Shown piece after piece: positions 1 through 14,166 of a stretch of DNA of 64,000 bases; positions within the stretch are counted from its first letter, which is position 1, and every line of letters begins with the position of its first letter. A program made the position numbers and the translations under genes. The stretch spans positions 2,156,084-2,220,083 of the forward strand of contig MU056050.1 in the NCBI GenBank assembly GCA_013239625.1, written 5' to 3'. The notes below the pieces were generated by a model, which worked only from the letters and a program-made list of their open reading frames with translations, was not told the origin of the DNA and did no database searches. Origin of the DNA: Lama guanicoe (lineage: Eukaryota).

Positions 1-654
1 ACGCCTGAGCGACAGCGTACAATGCAGAGGAGAACTCCACCTCACTGACTCTGCCAAATTTCTGCTCTCGCCTCTCTCACCACCCGCTCCCAGCCCCCAT
101 TCTTTCCTGTGGTAGAAACATTGTGATGACCACACATGAGAAATTAGGTTATGGCCTGTCCTCCTTTGTCTCTAGGCGGAACCACCCCCTACCTCCACCT
201 GCCCCCAAGTCACACATACATCTTCCTCCTAACCACGGTTTCTGTGTGATTTGAATTCATGGTTCTGATCCATGCTGGAGGCAGGAGAGGAGAGGGCAAT
301 GGAGGGTGGCAGTGTGAATTACTGTCTTGGTTCGCCCCCAGTTCAGCTTACCCTCTGAACTCCAAGTGTAAACAGCAGCTCCTTCCCTGTACCTCCAACC
401 CAGTGCTATCCTAACCAGTGGCCCCAGTAACCCTCTGCGCTGGGCTCTGAGGCCACTCCATCTTCCTCACCCTATAGCAGCAGGGAACTACTTCTCTACA
501 TTTTGAGAGTGATAACACAGAATCAGGGAAGGCTTCGTGGAGGAGGCTGCATATGAGCTGGGCCTTGAAGGATAGGTGTGATTGCTGCAGGGAAGGGTAG
601 AGGGAAGGAGCATTGCAATAGGAATGAGGAAAGGAAAATATAACTAATATAGGA

Positions 655-970
655 TAAGTATCAGGCACTGGGTTAAGGCTATAGAAACATTATTTCATTT
701 GTTCCTCACTGCAGTTCTATGAAGTAGGTACTAATGACAGACCCATTTTAAAGACGAGGATTCTGAAACACAGAGGGTTTAAGTTAATTGTCCAAAGTTA
801 CACAGCTATTAAAGGACAAAGTAGGGACCCAAACTCAGGCAGTCTAGCCTACACTCTCACTTCACTGCGTCTCAATGATTATGTTCCCTGATTTACAGAT
901 GGAAAACTGAAACTGAGAGGTTATGTAACTTGCCTAAGATTACACAGTTTGTAATTTGCAAAGCAGGGAT
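655..970 (-). mobile_element. MIR SINE fragments (two adjacent)
   Basis: cccattttaaagacgagga...gaaacacagagggtttaagt...tccaaagttacacagct and tttacagatggaaaactga...gtaacttgcctaagattacacag (MIR core, reverse). Confidence 0.75.
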
Positions 971-1818
971 GCATTGCCCTTAGCAGATCCCCTTCTATTT
1001 ACTATATAGCCATTTATAACCCTTCTAACTTAGCTTTTCCAATCAATCATTTCAGTCACAATTTCTTAGGGAGCCAGCCCTGGCTTGCCATCACAACAAA
1101 TGCCTACAGTTGGTCCAAACAAAAAGCTTTCCTCAAATGTGTAAGCATAGTAACACAGCGAGGCTCTCCTGAAATCAAGAGAAATAGCCCTCTGAAATAC
1201 ATCTCTCTTTGTTTTCAAAATAGTATTCTCTTTAAGTTACCTGTTTGTCAGGCTCCCACTTATAAAAACCACAGGGAAAAAAATTTTTAGGTCTTTAGTT
1301 GGAGACAAAGTACTTTCTACCTCTAGCAGGCTATGAGTTAATCATTCTCGCCTCAGTATGTTGTCCATATTTCTGTTCTCACACTTCTCCTGCTGGGTTA
1401 TAGTTGTCTGTTAACTTGACAGTCTTTCCTACTGTAGTGCTGAGATCCTCTAGGCTAGGGACCAGGTTTTGATGACCTCTGTCTCCCTAGTGTCTGGCCC
1501 CAGGATTAGTACAGAGCAGGCACTCAACAAATGTTCACTGAAAGAAGAGACAAATAAAATGTAGTTAAGAGAAGCAACCCTTGCATCCACAAAAGACTTC
1601 AATCCCTATTCCTTCTGAGTCCAGTGCCGTGCAAGTAAACTGGCTAGCAAGGTGAGGAAAAAAAGCCTCAACTTGTAGTGCTGCTGATCTCCGTGGGATC
1701 AATATTCCCACTGTGGCTGATTCAAGCTACCAATGGTTTATCGTGTCAGGATAACCACAAAGGTCCATGAGCCATCAGATGAGGAAGATAATGGAAATTC
1801 TAATGGCAAGAGTGAAAG

Positions 1819-1840
1819 ACCAAACCAAACCAAACCAAAC
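1819..1840. repeat. (ACCAA)4 pentanucleotide repeat
   Basis: accaaaccaaaccaaaccaaac. Confidence 0.85.
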
Positions 1841-4800
1841 GTCTGTGAATGAGGAGAATCTGTTTTACCCCCAATGAACTAAGCCTCTATTGTCTGTCAT
1901 CCATTTGCGAATCGAGATAAACTTAAATGACATGGCTCCCAGAAGAGGGAGAAACCTGCCAAGTAAGCAACTATCCTGAAAACCAAAGGTCCCCAAAACA
2001 CACTGGGTTTCTAAGAGATATTTGCTTTTATTTGAAAATAAAAACATTTTCACTTGCTTCATTCAGCAATCAGAAAATTTCACAGATTAGGGTGTCAAAT
2101 GCTAGAAGCATCGCTCAGACAGAAAATGCATTCAGAGAGGCATCATCTGGGAGTTCAAAGGAGAATGTCTCATTGTACACATCCCCACAACACGCATCTC
2201 TTCCTCTCCCCTCCCGACTTGAAGGCCTCATCCTCCTGGGCTGGACCTTGGTCTCGAATACTCTACCCAACCATTCATGGTTCAGTTTTGCACACAGTGA
2301 CAGTGCTAATAAGTAAACGGCAGGATTTGAATCCAGAACCATCTGACTTCAAGGTTCATGGCTCTTTCTAGTACATCACCTTTTTAAAATACCTCTTTGT
2401 TCAAAGCTTTAAGAGTAATTCAGAAATCTCTAAAGACTTCTAGACTCTCACAAGTTTAAAATCTATAAAGTGTCATTTTAGGTGTGATACTAGAGTCGTT
2501 GATCCTGGTAAGTATCTAAAGATGGGAAGGTGTGACTCCTGGGCCAGTGCAAGAAGGCTTGCAATATCCCACCTATCCTCAAGTGGTTGTGGCTGGAAAA
2601 AACATGTCTGAGTGACTATTCAGGCTTATGCCAGATGTTGCCATTCTTTTTTCTTTTAATCCAAGTAATGAGTCCACTAGCCCTGCCAAACCTTCTACTC
2701 ACCACCCACACAGTCCTTCCAGTAGGTCTTAGGCAGAAATTCAGAATCAGAGTACTTTGGGCCCAAATGATTTTTAAAAATCTACCGAGAAAAGAAGAAA
2801 GATACAACTTGAGATTTAGATTAAAGTTGTAAATATTAAAACAAAAATTGCTGTAAGTATGACTATAAAACATTTGACAGGAAATTTCATAAGAGAATGC
2901 ATGAGCACGCAGTTATTTAAAATGTACTGTTCAAAATAAATTATCACTAATTTGGGGAGATAGTTAATAAAAAATGCAAAGACTGCAGAAGTGACATATA
3001 TGGCTATGTCGAAGAGAAACTACTGTCTTTTTGCTGTATTATTCGAGGTTGAATACTAGTTAAAATCACCCCAACCTCACTTCCCTGAAAAAAAGTGTCT
3101 AGGATATTTCCAAATATAAGTAGTGTGCTATGAAAGGTCTTCTAGATGAAGTACTCCAAGAAAAGTCACAGTGTTAAGAAATGCATCATTTTGCAGGTTC
3201 GCTGATGAAAAGGTCCAGGTGTTTTAAGTATTTATTATTGGCCCCATGACCAAAGACTCTACGTGATCAAAGCTGCTGGGCTTCCTGGGTGGGGTAGTCT
3301 GTGTAAATTCCCCTAGGAAAGGCTTTGTAAGTTTCCAGATTTGTCATTCTTTCCCAGTCCCAAGCATTGTTTGCTCTCTCTCAAACTCTGCCCATCATTT
3401 TACTCCCTTACAAGACTGATGAAAGTAGAGGGATACTCTTAAGTTCTGAACCATAAGGCAAATTAACCTTATTTGATCTGGACAGGAAGACATGATCTGT
3501 ATTCTCTCCCCTAAGGACACAACTGAGTTGAGGCAATATTACCCACCACTACTCCTGATCGTACAGCAGGAGATTTTCAGTGACACCTGGATGAGTGGAT
3601 TTTATTTTCATACAGTTGTATCTATTTTCTTGTATGCAGTTTCATGGATATTGTGCCTTTGGATGCCACTCAATTTAAGTAAAGGAGTAGCTATAAAGAT
3701 ATATATTAAATAAATAATAGTATTGTGGTGTGTAGATAGATCACAACGTTTTAAGGAAGTTTGTGAGGGAATGAAATTTGAGAAATCATGTTTTAGGGTT
3801 CATACAATGATGTGTTCCCACAAGATCATGCAAGATCAACATGCATTGAAATGGCCCCTTATTCCTAGGAGCAAGAATAATCTGTTGCTCCTTTAACTTA
3901 CTTGTGGCCTTTTATTGCCTCTGATTGGTATGTTCTCTTTGCCTCTTCTGCTGTTTGGCATTAAATCTTCCACAAATTTCATTCAGTCATAGTGAATGTG
4001 ATATTGAAGTCTGGGAGGTGAAACTTTCAAAGACATGTTCTTTGGTGAAATCCTTGTCCTCTAATCCTCACATCCTAGCATTTTATTTGATGCCTTATTC
4101 AATTGCCTTCTTTCTGCATAAGCTTCCCCTGTAGACAGTATAAGCATGATGAGATTCCCCACTTATACGCCCATTTTCCTTCTTTATGAAAAGCTTCAGC
4201 CTTTCTTTCTCCATTGCACCCCTGACCCCCTCTGCCATTGGGCTGACTTTGGTATGGGTGCTGGCTCTTCTCTGCTGCACTAACCCCATGCGTTTATTTC
4301 AAGTCAGATGACTGCAACATGAAGCACTGTCCTTCAGTTGCGGGAGAGTGTGTGTGCACACACTGAGATTATTAGAAAATAATTCTAAAGAAATTGACTT
4401 CTGATATATGTTTACTAAGACTAAAGCAATTTACTAGCTAAGGGTTTTCATTCAAGAAAATGAATGTCCTTTATCACATCTGGTGGAAGATTTCTTCTGG
4501 GAAGTGTGGCATATTCTGAGGCTGATCTCTGTGGCATACCACCATGGAAGGCCCAACACAGCTGAAATTAGACACGTTGCCACAGGACAACAGTATCTAT
4601 TTGTCACTGAGGAAGCAGGAAAGGCGGGGTGCCTGAAAAAAAATGTCTTCTCTTGGAACACACAAAAAAAGTGTTGTCTAATAGCTTTTTCTTAAAGAGA
4701 GAACACCTCTACAACAGGTAAATCTGGTGAATTAACACCAGAAACCTCCCTCAGCTCTCTCCCCAGCCCTCCAAACATTCTCAGAGTACCTAAATCAAAG

Positions 4801-7534
4801 AGAAACAGATTAAGGTGAACGGCAAGGCATGTTCTGTACTCAAAGCAAGATCAATCTTTCTACATAGACCTTTTTTGGCACCGATGTAGAAAATCCAAAC
4901 ACGGAGATACTTAACTCTGCAAATAACCTAATCTGCATACCAGATGGATCCAAGGGGAAAAAAACATAGACACTTTTCTGCACACATATTTTTTTAAATG
5001 TGAGCATAGAAAAACAGATGCTTTTGCTCCCAAAGGGTCTGTGGGCCTCTCTCGAGTAGTCTTGTGGAGCAATTTAACTTCAAATTTCTAAAATTATGAA
5101 AATGTCTAGAGTAAGCTTTAAATTGGAAAAGAAAAGGCCTCGTACATAGAAAACCAACTGAACATTTTCTGAATTATTTTTAACCACTCGGTGATTCCCA
5201 GCCCCCAATTTCCCAGATAAATAGGTTGGGGAGCCAAGAAGGGGAGGTCTCCCCCAAATGGGTAGACTATGATTCACTGACTTCTTTAACAAATAATTGA
5301 ATGCTCTGCTGTATGCACGGTTCAGTGAGTTTGTATGTAAGAGCTTTTTCTTCCGTGAATGAAACCGTTGTTGTAAGTTTCAGCGAATGAGGATTGGGGC
5401 ATTTTTTTCTTTCAGGTCCTATTTGTGGGCATAAAAATAAATCTCCTTAAAACAATGAATTTCATCTATATTTCACACATGCCCCTGATTACATTTATCA
5501 TATCTGCCATCATATCAAGCCATGTATCATCGCCAACAAATCTTACAAAGGCACAGTGAATACAGAACATGGATTTGGGAACTTGGTATTTCCTCCTGAA
5601 ATTTCACAGTAGACAATAAAACAGCTTTTATACTTGAAGTTCTGAAACTAATTCAGAAAGAGCTATTCTAATTACTGTAAAAGCAAAGTTGAATATTCTC
5701 TTGGTTACCAGAGTCATTAAATAACTGAGGGTACAATTTATGCCTTGTTCATCTGTAACAGATGGAAAGAATAAAGATTTAAGACTTACTGAACAAGAAC
5801 CGCTCCCATTAACTAGTTCCTTTGTGCACCGTATTACGCACAAGCCTCCCATCCCATCCTTACTCCCACGAGCCCTGCACTGAAATTTTAAAAGGGGGAC
5901 GACAGAGTAAAACATGACACTTTTTGCAGTGAGGCCTCACTTAGCTCACATCAGTAGGATCATTGCTGCCCATGTAAGATTTCAAGATAATTCAAGTGTA
6001 CTCTCTTAAGAATTGGGAATTTGAGCATTTCCAATGGAAACATTCCCTAAAATGTATGATAATTTCCCCAGGCTCTTCAGCAGAAATGACTGAACGCAAT
6101 AAGCCATGCCCCGATGACTCAGGCATTCACAATGCACATCCGTGATTATACTGTGCGGTAGTACAACGTTGTCGTCTGCTTTTTTTTTTTCCTTTGGACT
6201 CCTCCTTCCCCTTTAAGTCAGTCTGTCACTTCCTCTGCTGCTAATGTACTTCTTTCTAATATCACCCGCTCCCTCCATGTACACCCCTTCTAATTTGTAG
6301 CTTTTCATTTACTGTGAACTGGAAAGCCAAGATTCGTAAGAACGGTGTGTTAAGAGTTAAGAAGGCACTGAAAGTGAGGATGAGGAAATAATTACAGCCT
6401 TCAAGGCAGCAGCTCTGTGACACCTAAAGGTTCCTATCTTTAGATAACTTTCCCGTCTCTTCCAGTTTAAGCTGAATTTTGAAAGGGTCGTATGGTGAGA
6501 GAGTTACCTTCAAATAAGTGAGTTTGCTCCACACAGACCATCTGGGCCTGGATGAAAGCAGATATTACGATACTTTCAAGTCTTTCTGAACCTGAAAAAC
6601 AGTATTTTATTGAACGACCCCTCTCCAAAGTTATTTAACCTCACAGAATTTCATCATGCACATCCCACGCGCTTTTGTAGGTGTTACTCAGTTTGACCCC
6701 GGCGACACTGCCGAGATAGGAAAAGGCCAGGCTCATTGTCCCACGTTACAGATAGGGAAATGGAGGCTGGAGAGAGTTGAGTGATTTGCCCATAATCAAA
6801 CTGAGTACATGACTAGGCTGGGCTCCTGGATTCCCTTTTGGGGTTCTTCTAACAATACGTATGTTTTCTGTGGCTCCCTGTTGCCTTTCTTATGCTCAGA
6901 AAGACACTAAACCCTGCCTCTGGTGAGACAGACTTATGCCATTTCTTCTGGGCTTGTTTCTTTATTTCTCTCTGAGCTCTGCCAGATGTCCTTAGGAACC
7001 CTGCTCATTTTTCTAGCAGAACTCAAAACCCTCTGATTTTATTATGTTGAGGGTTCTCAGTGAATTAAAAATTCAACAAATGTATGGTCCCAACTTGCCA
7101 TCAAAAGTTAACAAATGTCACCAGTAAGGATGTTTCTCACGAGCGGACACTGAAGAATACCTCCCAGCAGATATCTAACAGCTCATTTTGTGTCACGGCA
7201 TGTGAGAAATCACCTCCGCAAGACAGTCAGTAACCTTTCATTTCCTCCATAAATAATCAGTCAGATACGTGGCTCATATTTTAAATTAATTGAAAACAGC
7301 TAAGCGCTCTGTCTCTCTCTCTATACTTGAAATGGCTTCTAATGCCAACATGATAAGCATTATATTTAAACATGTGGTTCCACTCCTCCAAGCCAGCTTA
7401 AACCTCATTTCCTCCAGGAAGCCTTCCCTGTTCATCTCAGCAGGTCTTGGACATCTCTTCCTCTTCTCCAAGAACCCAGAGCAATTACTGAGATTTGACA
7501 TTCAGCACATATTAAGAAACCATGTAATGTACTG

Positions 7535-7770
7535 CCAAGAGTGTGGGTTCTAGAGGCAGGCAGACCCAGGTTCTAATTCCAGCTTTACCATTTCTTAGCT
7601 GTGTGGCTTTGGGCAAATTACTTAAACTCTCTTTGGTTGTGATTTCTCATCTGTAAAATGGAACTAATGATACTTAATCTGTTAAATTATTCTAGTGATT
7701 AAATACACAAAAGGCATCTAGCACACTGTCTGGCATATACTAGGCACTCAAATAAGGGCAGTTGTTTTTA
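7535..7770 (+). mobile_element. MIR SINE
   Basis: tagctgtgtggctttgggcaaattacttaaactctct...tctcatctgtaaaatgg...tagcacactgtctggcatatactaggcactcaaataa. Confidence 0.85.
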
Positions 7771-8304
7771 ATATCATCATTGTGGCCTCTTAGATGAAGT
7801 TCTGCTCTGATAGCTGTGCAGTGTTGTTTTCTCAAGTTGTTTTTAAGCCCTTGATGGCTGTGTCCATAGAGGAAGTTATCATGAAGTTTAAGGTGGATGG
7901 TCCCTTACTTGCAGAAGTTCTTTCTGAGTCCTTATTCCAAATACTGTATTCATAATTTCGTATTATTTTTCTTAAAGAGGCCTCTTAAAGTGGTATTAGC
8001 TTCAGGCCTGTGCAAAACTTGGTTGTGCCTCTGGTTGTGTCTTTAACCTCTCTGTTATCCCCTCCTTGTCCCAACTCCTAGAAGCTAGCACACTACTTTG
8101 CACGCAGTCAGTACTCAAAATGACATTTTACAAAATCCTCAGTTAACAAGCATTTTGGCTGGACTTAACTATAGGCGAACTAGCTGATGTCAGGCATTTC
8201 ATCAGAAACTTCCAACTGCCAACCAATACATTTAGTTGGAAAATATTCAGTGCACTTATATGTTTTGAGACAATAAAAATGCACTTTTTTATCATGCAGT
8301 CAGT

Positions 8305-8560
8305 TCATTAGGGAGTACTCTTGGGATCAGCATGAGTAGAAGGAAAGGAAATGAAGCAGGATTGGACAGAGGGAGAAGTGGGACTGTGGTGCAGTCTCAA
8401 AGAAAGCCGCGGCTTGCCCTGCAAGGAGCTCTGAGGCTGGGACACTTCAGAGTTGTCCTATCTGGGGCTGGAGGGCTAGGCCTTTATAATCCCATGTGGC
8501 CAGCCATTGGACACAGGCCGCCCCCAGGGAGAGTACATAACTTTGGCCAAGACAGTTCCA
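8305..8560. mobile_element. MaLR LTR relic (MLT1K/L-like)
   Basis: gaagcaggattggacagagggagaag...ggagctctgaggctggg...ttcagagttgtcc...cagccattgga...taactttggccaagacag. Confidence 0.7.
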
Positions 8561-8642
8561 AAAATGCACTTCTTAACTGTAAAGCTTAGTGCTCATGCAG
8601 TGTTACTCATGAAAACTATGGTAAGTGTGATGACGCTAAGGC

Positions 8643-8816
8643 AAGACTTCTCAGCTTTGACACCACTGACATTTTGGGTTGGATAACTGTTTCGGGTGCT
8701 GTCCTGCACACTGTAGGACGTTCAGCAGCATCCCTGGCCTCTACCCACTAGATTTTAGTCACTCCTCTCAGACTGACATCCATAATGTCTCCAGGCATTG
8801 TTAAATGTCCCCTCCC
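8643..8816 (-). mobile_element. MER20 (hAT-Charlie) DNA transposon relic
   Basis: ctgacattttgggttggataa...cagcagcatccctggcctctacccactaga...aatgtctccaggcattgttaaatgtcccct matches the reverse complement of the MER20 consensus as recalled. Confidence 0.8.
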
Positions 8817-9457
8817 CCACTCCATGAAGGCATCACACTTACCACCAAAAGATGTACAGATGGTCACGAGTCTTTCATATTAACATAGGAAAAGGAAGGC
8901 AAGCATTTTAGAGAGGTTTTTTTTTTCCCCTAAACTCACTTCTGCTAGGAAAGTTTTCAATAAGCCAAAGCAACCTCGATTAGCCTGCAAATCCCATTAA
9001 CCCCATTCCTTGTGCGTTCTATCCCCTGAGCATTCCAGATTATGGGAAAAATGTGCCGTACATTCTATTTTCTAATTGGTATGCAAAGTTCAGACCATGT
9101 TCTGGCTCAACAGCTAAGCACAGAAATTCAGTTCATGGGTGAGAGGTCATCAGCTTCACCACTTTTGCTGTCTATTTTAAGTGACAGTGATGCTACTGAC
9201 CTGGAAGTTTAGAGAGCTTTTTGTCCCTTGTTGTTGACATTTTTAACTTTCATATTAGCAATTCTTCCTGTATCCTCTGTCTGAAAGTAAAATGCAACAA
9301 AAAGAAATCTGGCCCAATTAAGTCTGATTTACTGTTTATAAAAGACCTAACACTTTGCTGATCATTTAAAAGTAATTTGCTCTAGCCATCCCATTCTCTG
9401 TGCAATTGAAAATATCCTCTTGAATAAGCAATATTTCTTGCTTTTTTATTTCTGCAG

Positions 9458-9511
9458 GTTGTCATCCTGGGGAAACATTCAAGAGGTTATCACTACATGC
9501 TTGCTAACCTG
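9458..9511 (+). CDS. GRIA3: GluA3 coding exon (human exon 5 equivalent), amino-terminal domain
   Basis: Acceptor ttttttatttctgcag|, 54 nt encoding VVILGKHSRGYHYMLANL, donor |gtaaga; phase 0/0. Not in the ORF track; found by reading. Confidence 0.96.
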
Positions 9512-10764
9512 GTAAGAACAAGCAGAGTTTAAGTTTCCCAGGGCAATATATTCTATTTGGTTTGTGTCACCTGTAATTATCCCCAAAATAAAATACACAG
9601 AGAACCTAACGTGTTCTCTGGACGCTTGGAGAAATGAGTCGGTAAATACTAAAACCTGAATGCAGTAGCCCTGGTTTTCAATTATGCTGTCTCTGTTTTA
9701 GCTATGAAACTTATATTCTCTCCTCATTTAAAAAATAATAATCTGATATGATTCCTCACTGATTATTCTGAGATTTAATTTGGATTTGAAATGTCAACCA
9801 TTTTAACCAGGTTTGAATTGTAAAACAAGGGGCAGGGGACACAGGATACTGACTCTTCCCCTAATTAATCCAAGTGTATGCGTACATCACCTTTTCAAAT
9901 CAGATGCCAGAAGCAGGTTTGACTATGGAACATTAAGTGATTCTATAGTCACCTTCCTATTTGTAATAAAACACAACTTGCATCTTTACCTTCAAGCTTC
10001 CCAGTGCCTTTAAAATTTGTGACATTCTAGAAGCTAATATTTCATTAAGGTTGGTTTATAGTTCTTCTTTCTCTAAAAGGGCATTTGGTTTAGGAATTAA
10101 CAAAATGGCTTCTAAATCACTAATATCTGTTTGGCAGAGGTTCTGAATAATACTATCTCTGTGGAATGAAAGAGGAATGTTAAATTATCACTACGACACT
10201 AAGAGTCTATTAAATTATTACATAACATGAGTTCTAGCCCCAATTTTATTTCATTAGCACAAGAGAATCATAATTATTATAGCACTCTTAAACCAAAAGA
10301 ATAGCAACAAAGGTGAAAGATTATTGTAATTATATTCTTAGATTTCTTAGATCAAAGAAAAATACCTTATTTTGTTTTAATAATGAATATTTTTAAATGA
10401 GAAAGTAAATGTTACTTAAATCTCATTCTTAGGAAGTGCGCACAAACACTTTACAAGATGAGGATTTGAGCTACTGCTTTGAAATGTTGTGTGCATTTTC
10501 TCCAATAAATTGCTCAAAGTGGAGCACTTCAGTTTACTCTTTTAGGGAAAAATGAATCAACTCTTTTAGGAGAAGAAATCTTGATTCTTAATTTACATTT
10601 GAGCACATTCAATTTGTTTTTAGGCAACTGATTAGTAAAGGATGTTTGTTGACTCACTGGAGGTTAGACCAGGGCTTGGAAGGAAACAGGGAGGTCACAG
10701 CAGGGTACCTGAGGCAATTATTGATGGACTTCTACCATTCCTTCCTCACCAATAATTATTTTGC

Positions 10765-10828
10765 TCTCCTTCCTCCCTCCCTTCCTTCCTTCCTTCGTTC
10801 CTTCCTTCATTCCTTCATTCTTCCCTCC
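10765..10828. repeat. (TTCC)n-like simple repeat
   Basis: ccttcctccctcccttccttccttccttcgttcccttccttcattccttcattcttccc. Confidence 0.85.
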
Positions 10829-10869
10829 CACTTTTTCTTCCCCTCTGCCTTACCTGTCCTAGGGTTCAC

Positions 10870-11168
10870 TCATCACTGATGGCACATGAGATGACTTTAG
10901 GTAGTACACACACACTTTTATTTTACTATAATGGTACTTGTATTTATTTACAATGTATTAGAAAAATATCAAACTAGCACATCAAAATTCAAATTTTATG
11001 GATTTTATTACTTCATGCAGGACTAAAGTAGAGATTTAACAACAAATGAAATAATTTTTAATGTGTCAACTTAACAACAGCACGGGGGATAAACAGATAC
11101 AGCAAAATCTGCTTTTTGTATATGAAGTTGTGGTGGTATATGGATGACTGAAGTTTGGGAAAGAACAT
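10870..11168. mobile_element. hAT-Charlie relic (MER113-like), copy 1
   Basis: tttaggtagtaca...tgtattagaaaaa...gactaaagtaga...gtggtatatggatgactgaagtttgggaa; homologous to 13285-13552. Confidence 0.55.
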
Positions 11169-11299
11169 TGAATTGGGGGTCAGAAAGTTTGGGCTGTCAT
11201 ACTGATTTTGCTACTAGCTAGCTATGGGACCTTGGGTAGGTCACTTCAACTTTGAGGACCTCGGCTTCCTTACTATAAAACTCAGATGGAAATGGGGAG

Positions 11300-11730
11300 C
11301 TCACCGATGTATTGGTTGAGTCCTTTGTTACTGAGATATAAATAAAAGTGCAAGGCCTTTATTGGGAGTAATACCTGTGAAAAACTAAAAGGGAGAGGGA
11401 CACAAGTAGAAAGGGAGTTTCAGACCATGATACAGGTCTGATAGCAGCAAAGGAGGGAGAAAGAAAGAAAGTTTGATAAGAAAGCTTCAGACAACTGGGA
11501 GCTCCAGTGCAAAGACTGCATTTGGAAGACCCCCATGCTGCCCCAACATGGTGAGCCATTGTACCCCTACCTTGCTCAGCCATTGGCCGGCAGCTGCTCA
11601 GGAAGCACCCACCTCCCATTTGAAAGCCAAGGCAAATCCTGAAGGCACCTGAAGCTGGAGACTGTCAGCCAACCCCACTCCATCTATATTAAAGGAAGAT
11701 CTGAGCCTGAGCCGTGCACATCAATGGTGG
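11300..11730. mobile_element. MaLR LTR relic (old MLT1 family)
   Basis: tttattgggagtaatacctgtg...gggagctccagtgcaaaga...ctcagccattggc...gaagctggagactgtcagccaac; similar to the 8.3-kb element. Confidence 0.6.
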
Positions 11731-13282
11731 TCTCAGTTGGTACCTAAGATGACCAGATGATCTATAAAGATCTTCTCCATTCTGGATTTCTAAGTGGGCC
11801 TCCCTAATCTTACTGACAATCCTTCAGAGCTTTGGCCTCAGTTTTGAGACCCAGGCCTGTCTAAAATGAAAGCATGTGGACTGACAGAAATGCAAGAGAG
11901 AATCACTGGGACAAGGTTGAGGAAGAATGGTAAACTGGATGCCTAACACAGAACTCAGAATTACGAAACCTTGGAAAGATGCCTACTACAAGCTCAAGCA
12001 AAGTCTGTTCCTTCAGAAAGAATGCAATATATACTGTCAAGTCAATCTGGATAATGAAAACATGGACTCATTTATCGTGCTCTGAGCTGCCACCTCTCCT
12101 CTTCCCCTAGTGACCTTCCTTTCATTTGAACCCAAACATGTGTTGCTGTAAGTCCCTGTACTCTAGACCAAATTGTGTATGGGCAATACAGATAGGAACT
12201 GTTGCTAATCTTTGATAAAATAATGAGGTACATTATCCTTTCTGTGGTTACCAGATTTTTTCAAGCAGATAAAAATACTCCCAGACACTTCCACCAAAGA
12301 CACACATACACATATACACCTAGCAAACCAAGACTATTTAGAAGTCATTTAGACAATCAAAAAAGGGCAAGTGGAGCTAAGAAGATACTTCCTTTCAAGA
12401 TGAGCCAGCTGGACAAAAGCTGAGGACATATATATAACGGAAGAAGTTCTAATCTGAATCTTGGTGTAACCACAGCACAGAACCATCACCTTCTTCTACA
12501 AATGCAAAGTCAAAAACACTCACATTGCCTATCTAAGCTTTCTGGAACCACCTGCACCAGAGCCCGAAGTGTCCCTTTGCTACTGAGTTCCATCTATCTG
12601 GCAAAGACTCCCATGTGCTTCTACATGGACCTCCCCCGGCAGCAATCCTAAAGTGAGAAGGCCTGGATCTTCTGTGAGTGCTTCAGTGAAGGCCTTTCAC
12701 AGGTCAGGGCATACATTTCAGAGTGGATAACAAGCTGCAGAAAGTTCAAAGTTGTTGAAATCCCTGGAAGAAACAAAAGATTCCATCAGGAGCACAGGCC
12801 AGAGATGTGATCTGGTCAGGCCAGAAGTAGATATACCAATAATGAAAGAGTAAGTCTCCTACAAATTCTGTATCAGTTGGCGGTGTCATTTCTTTTTCAG
12901 GGTTGTTCCACGATTGTTATTTCCTCTCCCAGAACATTCTCTAAGGTGGTCATGTTTCTGTCCTTTAGTACCAGAGGTAACCAGCATGTATATAATTTGT
13001 CAGTCAAGCAACCTCTCATTCTTTCGTGATAAGGCCCTGGATCAGGGTCCCTTACACTGCAGGCCCAGGCTTGTCGTGTACTGTGATTTAATTCCTTTTC
13101 ATACATGCCAGTAATGGTGTGCAGAACCCTAAGCTCACCCTAGGCATAATAAAAAACAAAAAGCACTAGACCAGGAGTGAGGACACAGGTTTGAATCCCA
13201 AGACTTCATCTAAGTAGCCTGTGACAAACCAAACCCCTCTGAACCTGCTTCCTAATCCGTAAAATGGAGAGTCAGACCAGAC

Positions 13283-13552
13283 TGCTGTTTCCAAAGTGTG
13301 CTATTTGTACATGAGAATGTTTTAGGTAGTACATGACAAAACTTCTAAACTGATTAGTCTTGAATTATATTAAATGTGTATTAGAAAAAGATAACCGTCC
13401 CATCAATTCTATGAGACTAAAGTAGATATTTAGGTTAAAAAACTTGGTCAATGTAAAGAAAAATATTAGGTAAATTATAGTTCAGAGGATCCACCCATGT
13501 TACAAAAGCCTGTAAAGGTGGTATATGAATGACTAAAATTTGGGAAACACTC
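13283..13552. mobile_element. hAT-Charlie relic (MER113-like), copy 2
   Basis: tgtttccaaagtgtg...tttaggtagtaca...tgtattagaaaaa...gactaaagtaga...gtggtatatgaatgactaaaatttgggaaacac; the ends form an imperfect inverted repeat. Confidence 0.55.
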
Positions 13553-14166
13553 CAAGGTCACTTCCAGCTCTACATTTCTTCTCTCATGGAGGGTCAGTTT
13601 GAACCAGGGAAGGCCAGGAATGACAGTGAGGATGTAGGTGGGGGAATACAACCGGAGCCTTGTGATCCTTGCGGATATAAAGTCATAGGGCAGACTTCAA
13701 ATCAGTCCAGGTGGGCAAAAGCCAAGAGAGTGCTGAGTGCCCTTCACTAAGTTTTCATCAGAGCTGAGGAGCTGAAGGATCAATCAAAAGCATCTAACAG
13801 TTGACACAAAAGGAATTGGATCTGGGTTGAGATGGTCCAACAACAGATGTTCAGTACCCAGCACCCAAAATGGGACCCCAAAACTCCAAGCCTTTGAGGT
13901 GCCCATGGGAGATTGTGAGCCACAGTAGGACTCATTCAGTGCTGCATCAGCTAGCCTCTGCTTTAGGAGACCTGACAGTTCCCTTGCCTAGGCTGATACT
14001 GACCCCAGGACTGGGGACAGTTGTGGGCCCTGCACGTGGAAGTTAGGTCATGTCTGCTGCCAGCAGTCAAGGGCGCAGGAGCAGGCAATTTAGCAGGCCG
14101 TCATGCTAGGGGAGGAAAGGGGAAGGAATCTGACCGTCTGAGCCTCCCCCCTGCTGTGCTGGCTGG

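Noticed and set aside
10870..13552. Local duplication suggested by two similar ~280-bp segments
   Set aside because: Better explained as two independent copies of the same old hAT (MER113-like) element; the flanks are not homologous beyond generic MIR fragments.
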